NCBI GenBank assembly: GCA_965214605.1
Contig: OZ243961.1
Coordinates: 544,001-608,000, forward strand
DNA length: 64,000 bases
Reading direction: 5' to 3'
From: an uncultured Candidatus Binatia bacterium
GTDB lineage: Bacteria > Desulfobacterota > Binatia > Bin18
Both the position numbers and the translations under genes were made by a program. The notes beneath the pieces are model-generated. The model worked only from the letters and a program-made list of their open reading frames with translations, ran no database searches and was not told the origin of the DNA. Shown piece after piece: positions 51,591 to 61,445 of this stretch. The first letter of the stretch is position 1. Each line of letters begins with the position of its first letter.

Positions 51591-51801
51591 CCGAGTCTAT
51601 TGTGACTCTGGATGAAGACGATGGCCTGCGCCTGAGGTATAACGGGAGCGCTGGCCGAGGCGCCGCCGCCGGCCTTCCCCGGCAGACGGCCCCCAGGCGC
51701 ATCGCCGGGCAGAGACAGGCCACACGGATTGCCCGGCGCCCCGCCTCACTCCAACTCGGTCACCGGGGTCCAGGCAGCCACTCCCAACACCGCAACGATC
51801 A
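51591..51801 (+). repeat. Imperfect direct repeat, copy 2
   Basis: Colinear with 47512-47722; trpE portion degenerate here, MFS portion intact. Confidence 0.9.
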
Positions 51802-53023
51802 TCAGCCCGCTGGTGGCCGCGCAGGTGAGAAGAGGGCCGAGCCAATCGACCAGGACCCCAGCCAGCGGCGCCCCGATCAGGCCGGTCGTTCCCATAAACC
51901 CGAGGGTGTAGACCGACAGGATCCGAGCCCGGTGGGAGGGCCGCGCCTGCTCTTGGAACACCGTCCGGCCGGCGCTCATAAAAATAGAGGCGCTCGTCCC
52001 CCATACCCCCACCACTAGCAAGGCTCCCCAGAAGGGCAGGCCAAACGACAGACTGCCAATGCAGCCGGCCCCGACGACCAGTGCCGTCACTTGGGCTCGT
52101 CCCTTACGCCGGATCCCACCGCGCCACAGGATGGTCCCTGCGCCAAAGATCGTGCCTAGTGGAAAGGCCATATTGAGCGTGGCGAGCTGAGCCACGTCGC
52201 CGCCATAGAAGTCCCGGACCAGCAACGGCAGGACGACCAGATAGGGACCGATAAAGCCGACCCCGACCACCATCACCAGTAACTGGAGTGGACGTAGGAC
52301 CGGCGACCCAAAGACCTCCCGAACGCCCGCAACAAGGTCGCTCAGGCGAGCCCGCGTCTGCCCTGCTGTACTGCGTAACGATGGGGGGGGAAGTTTGCGC
52401 AACGTGGGCGCTCCAGCCAGCAAAACGAGCCCATGCATACACAGGGCCGGGACAATCCCCAGCCAACGCGCGCTGCCGGCCAAGAGCGCCCCCAGTGCTT
52501 GCGATGCCCACTGCGTCAGCGTCATACCAGCAACCGCCCGGAGCATGTTCGGTCCGGCAACTTCTGACAGCAGGGCGTCACGTGCCGGCATGGCAAACGC
52601 CTGCACCGTGCCCATACCCAGGGCATAGCCAATCAGCAGGCTCATCGACAGCCAGCCCTTGGCCACAACGGCCACCAAACACCCGGACAGGGTGGCGGCG
52701 ACGAGGTGTAGCCCAATCAATAGCGTCCGACGATCGTTGCGGTCGGCCACCATCCCGCCGAGCAGAACCAGCAGGGTCGAGGGCAGCATGAGCGCGCTCT
52801 GGGCAATACCGACCCAATCGGCATCGGCCTGCAAAACGCCGACAACCAACCATGAAAACAACACGCCCTGCATGCCAAAGGCGGTAAACCACGAGCCAAG
52901 GCCGGCCACGAACCACAGGTAGAAGACCGGTTGCGAAGATGAGGAGGTTATGACCCGCCGCCCGGCGAGGGCGGGATGTGCTTGTTCATCGACCGTGAGT
53001 TTAACCGGGGGTGAGCTTGGCAC
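51746..53023 (-). CDS. MFS transporter (H+ antiporter/MFS_3-like)
   Basis: ~12 TM helices, GGMVADRNDRR motif A, AFAMPARDALL; start uncertain. Confidence 0.9.
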   Translation of the reverse strand: MPSSPPVKLTVDEQAHPALAGRRVITSSSSQPVFYLWFVAGLGSWFTAFGMQGVLFSWLVVGVLQADADWVGIAQSALMLPSTLLVLLGGMVADRNDRRTLLIGLHLVAATLSGCLVAVVAKGWLSMSLLIGYALGMGTVQAFAMPARDALLSEVAGPNMLRAVAGMTLTQWASQALGALLAGSARWLGIVPALCMHGLVLLAGAPTLRKLPPPSLRSTAGQTRARLSDLVAGVREVFGSPVLRPLQLLVMVVGVGFIGPYLVVLPLLVRDFYGGDVAQLATLNMAFPLGTIFGAGTILWRGGIRRKGRAQVTALVVGAGCIGSLSFGLPFWGALLVVGVWGTSASIFMSAGRTVFQEQARPSHRARILSVYTLGFMGTTGLIGAPLAGVLVDWLGPLLTCAATSGLMIVAVLGVAAWTPVTELE

Positions 53024-53044
53024 GTATCATCCTCATTCAGGGGC

Positions 53045-53830
53045 TTATTGCTCTTCGTACCACTGGATTGCGCCCCGCAGCCCACGCTCTTTTCTGACGC
53101 GCCGAATCTCGTCATTGCCCGAGCCAAAGTGAAAAATGGCATCATATTCGGCGCCCGCCAGAACCGTGCTCCGAAAGCCTTGCAGATCCATGGCGCGGTT
53201 GATCGCCAATTTCTCCAACCGCAGCTTTTCCGCCGGCACCTTGGCCACCCGCCGGGCGTACCGATAGGTTTCGGCCTCCAGAGCGTCGGCCGGAAAGGTC
53301 CGGGTGGCAAAACCCATGGCCTCGGCCTCTTTACCGCTGATCTGACTGCCTGGCAAAAACGCCATATATTTGGTCCGGTGCGGCCCGACCATCCAGTTCC
53401 ACATTGAGCTCACAAAGCCCGCCCCGGCGGGGAGCGAGGGAAAGCCGAGTCGGGCATCGTCGGCCATGAAAATGACATCCGAGCAGGCACAGATCTGACT
53501 CGCCCCGGCCAGGCAGTAGCCATGGACCATGGCAATCACCGGCTTGGGCAACTCGCGCAGGCTGAGCCAACGTTCAATCATTGTTTGGAGTTCGGTTCGG
53601 TCGCCATCAACGGTTTTCGCTCCCCCGCCGCCGGCCAGGTCATAGCCGGCCGAAAACGCCCGTCCAGCGCCCCGAATGATAAGGACTTTGATCTCCTCAT
53701 CGCAACCAGCCAAGGCAATTGCCTGAGAAAATTCGTCTAACAACGCCGGGTTCATGGCGTTCAGCTTCTCGGGTCGATTGAGCGTCAGCGTTCCGATCCG
53801 GTCCTGTTTGTCCAAGAGTACCAGGTCCAT
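53045..53830 (-). CDS. Enoyl-CoA hydratase/isomerase (crotonase) family protein
   Basis: LNRPEKLNA, AFSAGYDL, PKPVIAMVHGYCLAG. Confidence 0.92.
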   Translation of the reverse strand: MDLVLLDKQDRIGTLTLNRPEKLNAMNPALLDEFSQAIALAGCDEEIKVLIIRGAGRAFSAGYDLAGGGGAKTVDGDRTELQTMIERWLSLRELPKPVIAMVHGYCLAGASQICACSDVIFMADDARLGFPSLPAGAGFVSSMWNWMVGPHRTKYMAFLPGSQISGKEAEAMGFATRTFPADALEAETYRYARRVAKVPAEKLRLEKLAINRAMDLQGFRSTVLAGAEYDAIFHFGSGNDEIRRVRKERGLRGAIQWYEEQ

Positions 53831-53998
53831 AAGCCCCTCCCGTGCAGACCGTCCTTTGGCTTTTCCCCGCTCTGCACTTGTCCAGCCAAGCATTCAGAAC
53901 CGTCTGAGTCTAGAGGCCCCGAGGCCGGACACGCCTAGCGCGCTTGCATAACACACAAAAAACCGGACATAATCCGCCGCCAAACAGGAGGAAACACG

Positions 53999-54616
53999 AT
54001 GAGCGAATCTACACTTCCCGAAGCCTGGGTCCGTATCCCGACCGAAGCCCAAGTTCGAGCAAAACTTCCGACAGGGACAAAGACAGGGCCGTACGATTTT
54101 GGCTTTGTGCCGGCCATGGGGCGCCTGCTGAGTAGCCACAGCCGGATCGGTCCGCACTTCATCAATCTGTACAGAGAAATTATGTTCGCACCAGGCCAGC
54201 TCAGTCGCCAGGAACGCGAGATGATTGCCGCCGTCACTGCCGTAAGCCAAGACTGCTCCTATTGAACCAACTCTCACGTAGAGTTTCTGCGTGTGGAAAC
54301 CGGGAATAGTCATTTGGTTGAGGCGATTCGCGCCAAGCAATGGCGTGAGCTGTCAAGCCTAACGGCCCGGCAGCGAGCCCTGTGTAGCCTAGCCGAGAAA
54401 CTGAGCGCCAGCCCGACCCGTATGATCGAGGCAGACTGGCAGCCGCTCCGCGAGCTAGGCTTCGACGATGAGGCGTGTTTGGAAGTCGCCCATATTGTCG
54501 GCATTTTTAATTATCTGACTCGCTTAGCCGACGGTTTTGGCCTACAGCTCGACGCCAAGATCCAGCAGGCCGCGGCAACAGGCGTGGCGCTTGGCCCCCC
54601 ATCCCAATCAGTCTGA
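53999..54616 (+). CDS. AhpD/carboxymuconolactone-decarboxylase-like peroxidase, probable selenoprotein (CxxU)
   Basis: ORFs 53999-54265 and 54293-54616 are one frame interrupted only by TGA at 54263: LSRQEREMIAAVTAVSQDCSY-U-TNSH; C-terminal FNYLTRLADGFG. Confidence 0.85.
54275..54293 (+). promoter_or_regulatory. Candidate bacterial SECIS hairpin
   Basis: Stem cacgtaga/tctgcgtg with G-led loop gtt starting 17 nt after the in-frame TGA. Confidence 0.6.
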
Positions 54617-54637
54617 GTAGGGGACGCGAAAAAATCT

Positions 54638-55440
54638 ATGGCGGCCTATGCAATTGGCGATGCCCAGGGCTGCTTTGCCGGTCCGATGGCGCTGTCAGAG
54701 GCGATTTGTTTCAATCGGAGGCGCCATACTCTGTGGTTTACGGGCGACCTAGTCAATCGGAGGCCTGACTCGCTTGGGATCGTGCGCTTTGTCCCCGACC
54801 CCGTCCCACGGACGGGATGGAGCCTGAGGGACCATGGCCTCCATCTGCTAGCCGTTGCCCACGGTCAGCGCAAACTGCATCCTAAGGATACGCTGAGGGA
54901 TATCCTCGAAACGCCCGACCGTGATATACTGCTTGACTGGCTCCGACACAGTCCTCTGCTACACCACGACGAGGTTACCCCTGATGACCACCGATCATAG
55001 TTCACTCTGCGAAAATCGGCGCGTCAGTCTAATCCACGCTGGTCTGCCACCGCGTTGGCCCCTAGCCGGGGTCCAACGCCACGCCCGAGCGGTCGAAACC
55101 GGTCTACAGGGACCCGACTTGGCCGCTTGCCTGGTCGGGATCACCCACAAAACGTGCCGGACAACGCCTAGCGCTGTCCCCCCCTCGCCTTCCCCTACCA
55201 CCACCTGCTTGACCCGAAGCTGCTCCTATAGTGCCGAGGGGGTGCTTGACGTAGTGTACAAGGGTCCGTTGGGGACGCAGCCCTGCCTGCCGTGGTTTGC
55301 CGCGCCATACCAGGCCCACGCCGGCCAAGAGATTATCTTTGGCCACTAGGCCACTTTGGATGGGGAATTTATGGTCTGGACACGGCCGGTGTGTAGGACG
55401 GCCGGCTAACCGCGATGAGTCTAGAAACCAAACGTCGAAC
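54638..55440 (+). pseudogene. apaH: Symmetrical bis(5'-nucleosyl)-tetraphosphatase pseudogene
   Basis: YAIGDAQGC, LWFTGDLVNR, degenerate LRDHGLHLL (for LGNHDLHLL), frameshift, IHAGLPPRW, IIFGH then TAG. Confidence 0.85.
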
Positions 55441-55523
55441 CAGCGTTGCCTGCCGAGATATAGTGGCGTGTGGAGCCTTAGAATCCGGCTCTCCCTCGTC
55501 TCTCAGGCGTTCAGAGATCGCAT

Positions 55524-57302
55524 ATGCCTACTGAGCTGAGCAAGGTCCTTCTCCATCGAGGGGTACTCCAACGGCTGCGTCTGGCATCCGGGAGCGTCCT
55601 GTTTTGCTATGTCGGCCTGCACCTGCTCAACCATGCGCTAGGCTTGGTTTCCCTAGCGGCAATGGAGGCCGGCCGCACCTGGTTTCTCTTTGTGTGGCGC
55701 AGCCCGGTCGGCTCGCTGCTCTTATACAGCTCGCTGAGTGCACATGTAGCTCTGGCCCTGGTCTCAGTCTACCACTACCGCCACTCCCGTCTTTCACCCC
55801 GCGAGCGGTTTCAGTTTGTGTTCGGCTTTCTCATCCCCCCGCTATTGATCCCCCATATCGTTGGTACCCGTCTGGCTCACGACTGGTACCAGATGAACGA
55901 TTCATACACCTTTCTCGTTCTGCGCTACTCGGTGCTGAGCCCCGGGCTCGGCATTATGCAGTCTCTCCAACTCGTCTTGACCTGGCTACACGGCTGCATG
56001 GGTCTTTACTCCTGGCTGCGCCTCAAGCCTTGGTACCCGCGCGCGGCCATGACCCTCTACAGCCTAGCCCTACTGCTGCCGGTGCTGGCCGTGCTCGGCT
56101 TCAGTCAGGCTGGACAGGAAGTTGCCCGCCTAGCCCAGCAGCCGGGCTGGACCGAACAGCTGTTCCAGACCGTCAATACGCTAAGCCCAGCCCAAGAGGC
56201 GCTGCTGCAGCAAACCGGTTTATTGATGATCGGCGGCTATGCGCTCAGTGTGGCCGGGGTGTATCTCATCCGGGTCGTCCAGCGGCGCTATCTTCGGTCT
56301 CAGCGGGCGATCCAGATTACCTATCCCCACGGTCAAACCCTGACCGCTCCCCAGGGTGCCAGCGTGCTGCAAATCAGCCGCCGGGCCGGCATCCAGCACG
56401 CCTCGGTCTGTGGTGGACGCGGCCGGTGTTCAACCTGTCGGGTGCGGATCGTGCAGGGCCTTGAGTTGCTGCCAACCAGCAACGAAGCAGAGCGGCGCGT
56501 GCTGAGACGGGTCGGCGCCCCGCCAAACGTCCGCTTGGCCTGCCAGCTACGGCCGACCCACGACCTGACCGTTATTCCGCTCCTACCCGCCAGAGCCCAG
56601 GCCAGAGAGGGTTTTGCTCAGGCTGGCTATTTGGCCGGCCAGGAGAGAGAGATTGCCGTTTTATTTGCCGATTTACGCGGTTTTACCCGCATCTCCGAAC
56701 ATAAGCTGCCCTACGATGTGGTGTTTCTGCTAAACCGATATTTCGAGGTCGTCGGCAATGCCATTGAGCGGGCAGGCGGTATTGCCAATCAGTTCACCGG
56801 CGACGGCGTGATGGCCCTATTCGGGGTGCAGAGCACCCCCCGAACGGCCAGCCGCCAGGCCCTAGCCGCGGCCGTGGCGATGGTCCAGGGTCTGGCCGAG
56901 CTCAGTCTGCTCCTAGCCGAGGAACTCGATGCGCCGCTCAGGCTAGGTATCGGGATTCATACCGGACCGGCCGTTGTCGGTCGTATGGGCCGGGGGGTGG
57001 CCTCGTACCTGACCGCGGTCGGTGATACCGTGCATGTTGCCAGCCGCCTCCAAGACCTGACCAAGGAGTATCAGTGTCAGATGGTGATTTCCGAACAGCT
57101 AGCCGCCTATGCCGGCCTTGATGCGACCCCCTTCCTCCGCCATGAATTGACGGTCCGTAACCGTGGCGAGCCGATTGTGATTCGGGTCATCAAAGACGTC
57201 CGTGCGGTGGAGATTCAGACGCTGGCCGACAAGATGGACGAGACAAGCGAGATGAGCAGGACAGGCAAGACCGTTCGGCCAGATCAGCATCAGGCCTCCT
57301 AG
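55524..57302 (+). CDS. Membrane class III nucleotide cyclase with His-rich 6TM anchor and 2Fe-2S ferredoxin domain (CyaC-like)
   Basis: TM His residues (HLLNH, SAH, PH, WLH); CGGRGRCSTC...RLAC; LFADLRGFT, GDGVMA, GIGIHTG, GDTVHVASRL. Confidence 0.9.
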   Translation: MPTELSKVLLHRGVLQRLRLASGSVLFCYVGLHLLNHALGLVSLAAMEAGRTWFLFVWRSPVGSLLLYSSLSAHVALALVSVYHYRHSRLSPRERFQFVFGFLIPPLLIPHIVGTRLAHDWYQMNDSYTFLVLRYSVLSPGLGIMQSLQLVLTWLHGCMGLYSWLRLKPWYPRAAMTLYSLALLLPVLAVLGFSQAGQEVARLAQQPGWTEQLFQTVNTLSPAQEALLQQTGLLMIGGYALSVAGVYLIRVVQRRYLRSQRAIQITYPHGQTLTAPQGASVLQISRRAGIQHASVCGGRGRCSTCRVRIVQGLELLPTSNEAERRVLRRVGAPPNVRLACQLRPTHDLTVIPLLPARAQAREGFAQAGYLAGQEREIAVLFADLRGFTRISEHKLPYDVVFLLNRYFEVVGNAIERAGGIANQFTGDGVMALFGVQSTPRTASRQALAAAVAMVQGLAELSLLLAEELDAPLRLGIGIHTGPAVVGRMGRGVASYLTAVGDTVHVASRLQDLTKEYQCQMVISEQLAAYAGLDATPFLRHELTVRNRGEPIVIRVIKDVRAVEIQTLADKMDETSEMSRTGKTVRPDQHQAS

Positions 57303-57334
57303 CGGTCTAACCCAACGGGAAGGAACGTCCAAGC

Positions 57335-58390
57335 GTGAAATTTGGTCTGTTCTATCAACTGCCCTGCGCGCCTGAGCAAGACCCGTCGACCCGTTATCAG
57401 GAAACGCTCGAACAGATTCAATACGCTGACGAACTCGGCTTTGATACGGCTTGGCTGGCAGAGCTGCATTTTAATCCTCATTTCTCGGTCATGCCCGCAC
57501 CACTAGTCTTTGCCGCGGTCATTGCTCAGCATACCAAACGCATTCGTCTCGGCACAGCAGTCGCCCTGCTGCCCCTCCAGCACCCGCTACGAACCGCCGA
57601 GGAAGCGGCGGTGGTCGATGTCTTGAGCCACGGCCGCCTGGAACTCGGCGTCGGTCGGGGGGAGATTGCGATTCACTTTCAGGGCTTTGATGTGCCGCGC
57701 GAACAAGGTCGGGAGCGCTTTATCGAAGCCCTGTCGCTTATCCACCACGCCTGGACGCACGAGACGTGCAGCTTTGACGGCAAATACTTCCATGTTCCAG
57801 AGACGACCATCGTGCCTAAACCCGTCCAACATCCCCATCCGCCTATGCGGATTGCGGCCAACAGTCCTGAGACGGCCATGTTTGCCGGTCAGCAGGGCTA
57901 TCCGGTGTTTGTTGCCTCTCCGATCAACCGCCACAACAAATTATCTGAACATATCGGTCGCTACCAAACAGCCCTTCGTGATGCGGGCCACGACGTGAGC
58001 AAACAAGACGTGGCGATTACCTTCCCGGTTTTTGTGGCTGACAGTTTGGAGCAGGTCCGCCGTTGCGTCGAGCCGAGTTTCCTCAACTACTTTCGGGCCA
58101 TCGGTATCCAAGCACGCCTCGGGGCACGCGACGATTCGGCCAAATATGACTACCTGCGCGCCATCGTCAAACGGACCGAATCCATGACTTGGGAGCGCAT
58201 CGAGGCCAGCATGGGGCTGTACGGACCGTCGAGACGGTGTATCGACAAGATTCAGGATATCGCCACCAACTGCCGCATGGACCAGCTCATCTGTTGGTTT
58301 AATCCGGGTGGCTTAGTGCCCCATCATGAGGTCTTGACCAGCATGCGGCGGTTTGCCGAAGAGGTCATGCCCGCAGTGCGCCACCTTTAG
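57335..58390 (+). CDS. LLM-class flavin-dependent oxidoreductase
   Basis: WLAELHF, GRLELGVGRG, PKPVQHPHPP; GTG start. Confidence 0.92.
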   Translation: MKFGLFYQLPCAPEQDPSTRYQETLEQIQYADELGFDTAWLAELHFNPHFSVMPAPLVFAAVIAQHTKRIRLGTAVALLPLQHPLRTAEEAAVVDVLSHGRLELGVGRGEIAIHFQGFDVPREQGRERFIEALSLIHHAWTHETCSFDGKYFHVPETTIVPKPVQHPHPPMRIAANSPETAMFAGQQGYPVFVASPINRHNKLSEHIGRYQTALRDAGHDVSKQDVAITFPVFVADSLEQVRRCVEPSFLNYFRAIGIQARLGARDDSAKYDYLRAIVKRTESMTWERIEASMGLYGPSRRCIDKIQDIATNCRMDQLICWFNPGGLVPHHEVLTSMRRFAEEVMPAVRHL

Positions 58391-58482
58391 GATCTTCTGC
58401 TTGCCGTGCCACCGAAACATTCGTAGACTCTGCTCCCTTCGGGAGTTGCCCTGGGAGGAGCCTGAAACGAGGAGAGGGCGCT

Positions 58483-59166
58483 ATGCTACACCTACATTTT
58501 CTGATTCAACGCAAAGATGGGATCAGTCGTCAGGACTTTTCAGCTCACTGGCGGAATATCCACGCTCCCCTGGCCGTCAAAATACCCGGCATCCACCGTT
58601 ATGTTCAAAACCACACCCCACCGTTTCTCAGTAGAAACCCGGCCTATGACGGGATTGTTGAAATCTGGATGGACGATGAGGCAGCGGTCAAAGCGGCGTT
58701 TGACAGTCTGGAGTATCGCAATGGTGCCTATGTTGACGAACCCAACTTTGTTGACCTCAAGCAAGTGATCCGTCTCCGCACTCACGACGAGGTGATACTG
58801 CCCGGCGACCCGATCGGTAAAGACGCAGACCTCATCAAACGCGTCTCCTTTATCAAGCGTAAACCAGGTATGAGTCCTGAAGAGTTTTCGCGCTACTGGC
58901 GTAAGGTGCACGGCCCGCTAGCCCTAGCTCTGCCCGGTCTACGTCGCTACGTACAGTGCCACGTTGTCCCGTCGACGTATGAAAAAGGCGAGCCGGCCTA
59001 TGACGGAGTGGCCCAGATTTGGTTTGAGACGCTGGCCGACCTGCAGTACGCCATGGACTCATCAGAGTACAAACGGAGTGCTCAGGCTGACGGCCTCAAG
59101 TTTGTTGACCCCGAGCGGATCATGCATGTGCTGAGCGAAGAAAATCGGGTGATATGGCCGGAATAA
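58483..59166 (+). CDS. Tandem EthD-domain protein
   Basis: Two repeats of FSxxWRxxH...RYVQ...YDG...W. Confidence 0.88.
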   Translation: MLHLHFLIQRKDGISRQDFSAHWRNIHAPLAVKIPGIHRYVQNHTPPFLSRNPAYDGIVEIWMDDEAAVKAAFDSLEYRNGAYVDEPNFVDLKQVIRLRTHDEVILPGDPIGKDADLIKRVSFIKRKPGMSPEEFSRYWRKVHGPLALALPGLRRYVQCHVVPSTYEKGEPAYDGVAQIWFETLADLQYAMDSSEYKRSAQADGLKFVDPERIMHVLSEENRVIWPE

Positions 59167-59309
59167 GCAGGGAGATGCCCGTTCTCTGCCTTCGATCTCT
59201 TCCGCTCACGCTTGCTGCCGAACAGTCGGTGAGGCTTCTGACCTTTGCAGGGATGGCTGAGCAAACAACGCGAAAAACCGCTCCCACGTCCGCGGTCGCC
59301 CAACGGCGC

Positions 59310-59711
59310 TGTCCGGCCAGAGCAGCGCCGTAGCCACCCCTATCGCACAGTTCAGTCCCAATCCGCACAGCCCCGAATCAAACACCCAGATGTGGCCGAC
59401 GCCGCCGAGCGTCAGTCCCCCCACTGTCAGGACTCCGACGCCAAGATCGGCCAGGGTCGCGCGGCCTGAAAACCGCGGCCAGTAGAGGCCCAGGATCAAG
59501 GGCGGATAGAGCTGCATAACGTATTGCCGCTAAACTTGGTGGCCAACATAGCAAAAAAGAGCACGACTGGCCCGGTTGTCTTACCGCCCAGAAAATAGTC
59601 TCTGGCACTCCAGGTGCGGCCGGACCGAAAGGCCCAATAGCCGATCAGGATGTGGCTCAGCAGATACAGGCTGAGAATCAGTAACGCCTCAAACCCCAGC
59701 CCGTCGGTCAT
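59310..59711 (-). pseudogene. Sodium:solute symporter pseudogene with large internal deletion
   Basis: N-terminus (...SARDYFLGGKTTGPVVLFFAMLATKFSGNT) joined out of frame to C-terminus (QLYPPLILGLYWPR...GLCGLGLN). Confidence 0.75.
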
Positions 59712-59930
59712 GCGTCTTCCTCGCCGTCAAGGACGGAGGAGGCCAGACGCCAGTGACGTGCGCTCACACAGCCAGCAAAAATCACGACCAGGGCGGAGGC
59801 AGCCAGACAGACAAGAAACCACAGGCCCCCCCACCAGCGGTTCGTGCCTCCCGGCAAAGAAATACGGCACCGTGAAAAAGAGCAGAACGCCGGAGATCAT
59901 CCAGATCTAGGCTTGCAACGGCTCTCTCAT
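59708..59930 (-). pseudogene. Small 2-TM symporter accessory protein pseudogene (DUF3311-like)
   Basis: MREPLQA*IWMISGVLLFFTVPYFFAG...PLVG, frameshift, WFLVCLAAS...; start overlaps upstream stop, stop overlaps symporter ATG. Confidence 0.55.
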
Positions 59931-60721
59931 CAATCCAGCCCGGTATAATCAAACTCCATCGGCGTGATATCCCCCGCCGTGATCGCTCGAATCCGCTCAG
60001 CCGACAGCGGATAGCTGAACTGCTCGTTGCGCATATGGAGGCGCTGGAGCAGGATTTTGCCGACCATGTCGACAATCTCTTGCCATTCGGTCGGAGATAG
60101 CTGCTGCTGAGCCAGGCCCACATAGCCGGCCCGCATATGTCCAATCTCGTCGTTGTAGACCTGCTCGCAGGCCCTGGCGATACGGTTATTGAGCTGGCCC
60201 GAGCCGGCCAGCCGCATACCGGCCGAGTACATACTACAGTAGCCGCCCTCAGTAAAACGCACGGCAAAATAGCCCAAGCGACCCCGCTGCTCGCGATATT
60301 CATAGCGCAGACGGGCCAGTTCGTCGTCAGACTGCCAGCCAACCAACGCGTGCGGGTTCAGCTTCTCCCCACTCAGCCAGTCATAGATATCGGCAAACAG
60401 GCAGTAATGGGCAAACTCCGTGCGCAGATCGTCAATAACGTCAAGCACGGTGTGGCGATCAACCTGGAGGTCGATTTTATCAAAGACCTCGCTCAGATAG
60501 GCAACCGGTCCCTGAAACAGCCCTTTTTTCTTATCCCCAACCCCAGAGCCCCAAATCTCCTTAAAACACTGGCGGCGTAGCCACACCAGATCAGTATCGG
60601 GCGTCCGCATTGGGCTCTGAAAATACGTCCACACCACCTCGGCCTCACCCGCCCAGTAGGGCGCGGCGAGATCGACCAAACGTTTGAGCTGAGGATTAAT
60701 CTGCCGTTTGGCATTCATCAT
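59930..60721 (-). CDS. Ferritin-like diiron-carboxylate protein of unknown function
   Basis: E (FKEIW) / ExxH (EFAH) / E (FTEGG) / ExxH (DEIGH) spacing in a helical protein. Confidence 0.75.
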   Translation of the reverse strand: MMNAKRQINPQLKRLVDLAAPYWAGEAEVVWTYFQSPMRTPDTDLVWLRRQCFKEIWGSGVGDKKKGLFQGPVAYLSEVFDKIDLQVDRHTVLDVIDDLRTEFAHYCLFADIYDWLSGEKLNPHALVGWQSDDELARLRYEYREQRGRLGYFAVRFTEGGYCSMYSAGMRLAGSGQLNNRIARACEQVYNDEIGHMRAGYVGLAQQQLSPTEWQEIVDMVGKILLQRLHMRNEQFSYPLSAERIRAITAGDITPMEFDYTGLD

Positions 60722-60734
60722 TTTCTTCCGTCGT

Positions 60735-61433
60735 TCATGGCTCGGCATTCCGATCAATCTCATCTCCCAGCTCACAAATCCCCTGATAGAATAGCTTGCA
60801 GCCCGTCAGCGCCAGTTCCATCCCGTCCAGCACTTCCTGACGTTCATGCTCCGTGGCGACATGCCGGGAGATTGGCTCCCAGACCTTCCGTCCGGCGTGA
60901 TCGTCATCGGCCTTGGTGTGGTAGGTAAAGAAGAACACCTGCTCATCGTTCAGATCATAGGTCTGCTTCCAGGCCTCGGCCCGAAAATTATGCGCGCCCT
61001 GCATAGCGGTGAGGATAAACTCATCGACTGAGGTGGCTAACCAGCCAGCCACCCAGTGCCGCGTGCGGGCAAGGTGCTCCCACACACTCAGGGCCACATT
61101 GACCAGGGGAACGGGCCGGGTGGTGTCCATCTGTTCGTTGGTGAGACCGACGTTGCGGCCCATCTCCCACAGCAGTGTGGTGTGGGGCTGGGCAATCTGA
61201 TCGTCATACACCAGCTCTTCACGCATCTGACCGATGGTTTTACGGACAACGGCCAGGTCTGGACAGCGACTGATCCAGGCTGGTCGAATGACTGCGCTAA
61301 ACAGCCGATTGCGCAGAATATGCTGTAGGATGAAGGCCTGCCCGCGCCCGGGTGTCAAAGGCTCGACCAACCACGGGACTTGGGGAGCGGTTTCAAGGGC
61401 ACGTTTGCAGATTTCGTCAACAATAGTGTTCAT
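60735..61433 (-). CDS. Heme-oxygenase-like (PqqC/CADD/TenA-fold) diiron enzyme
   Basis: RCPD, EE...PH, VDE, FFTYHTKADDDH (HxxxDxxH) ligand pattern. Confidence 0.8.
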   Translation of the reverse strand: MNTIVDEICKRALETAPQVPWLVEPLTPGRGQAFILQHILRNRLFSAVIRPAWISRCPDLAVVRKTIGQMREELVYDDQIAQPHTTLLWEMGRNVGLTNEQMDTTRPVPLVNVALSVWEHLARTRHWVAGWLATSVDEFILTAMQGAHNFRAEAWKQTYDLNDEQVFFFTYHTKADDDHAGRKVWEPISRHVATEHERQEVLDGMELALTGCKLFYQGICELGDEIDRNAEP

Positions 61434-61445
61434 ATCTCATCCTCA

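Noticed and set aside
47512-51801. Repeat pair as DGR template/variable region
   Set aside because: Mismatches involve both A and T (and G) on the same strand, not adenine-only; no reverse transcriptase in window
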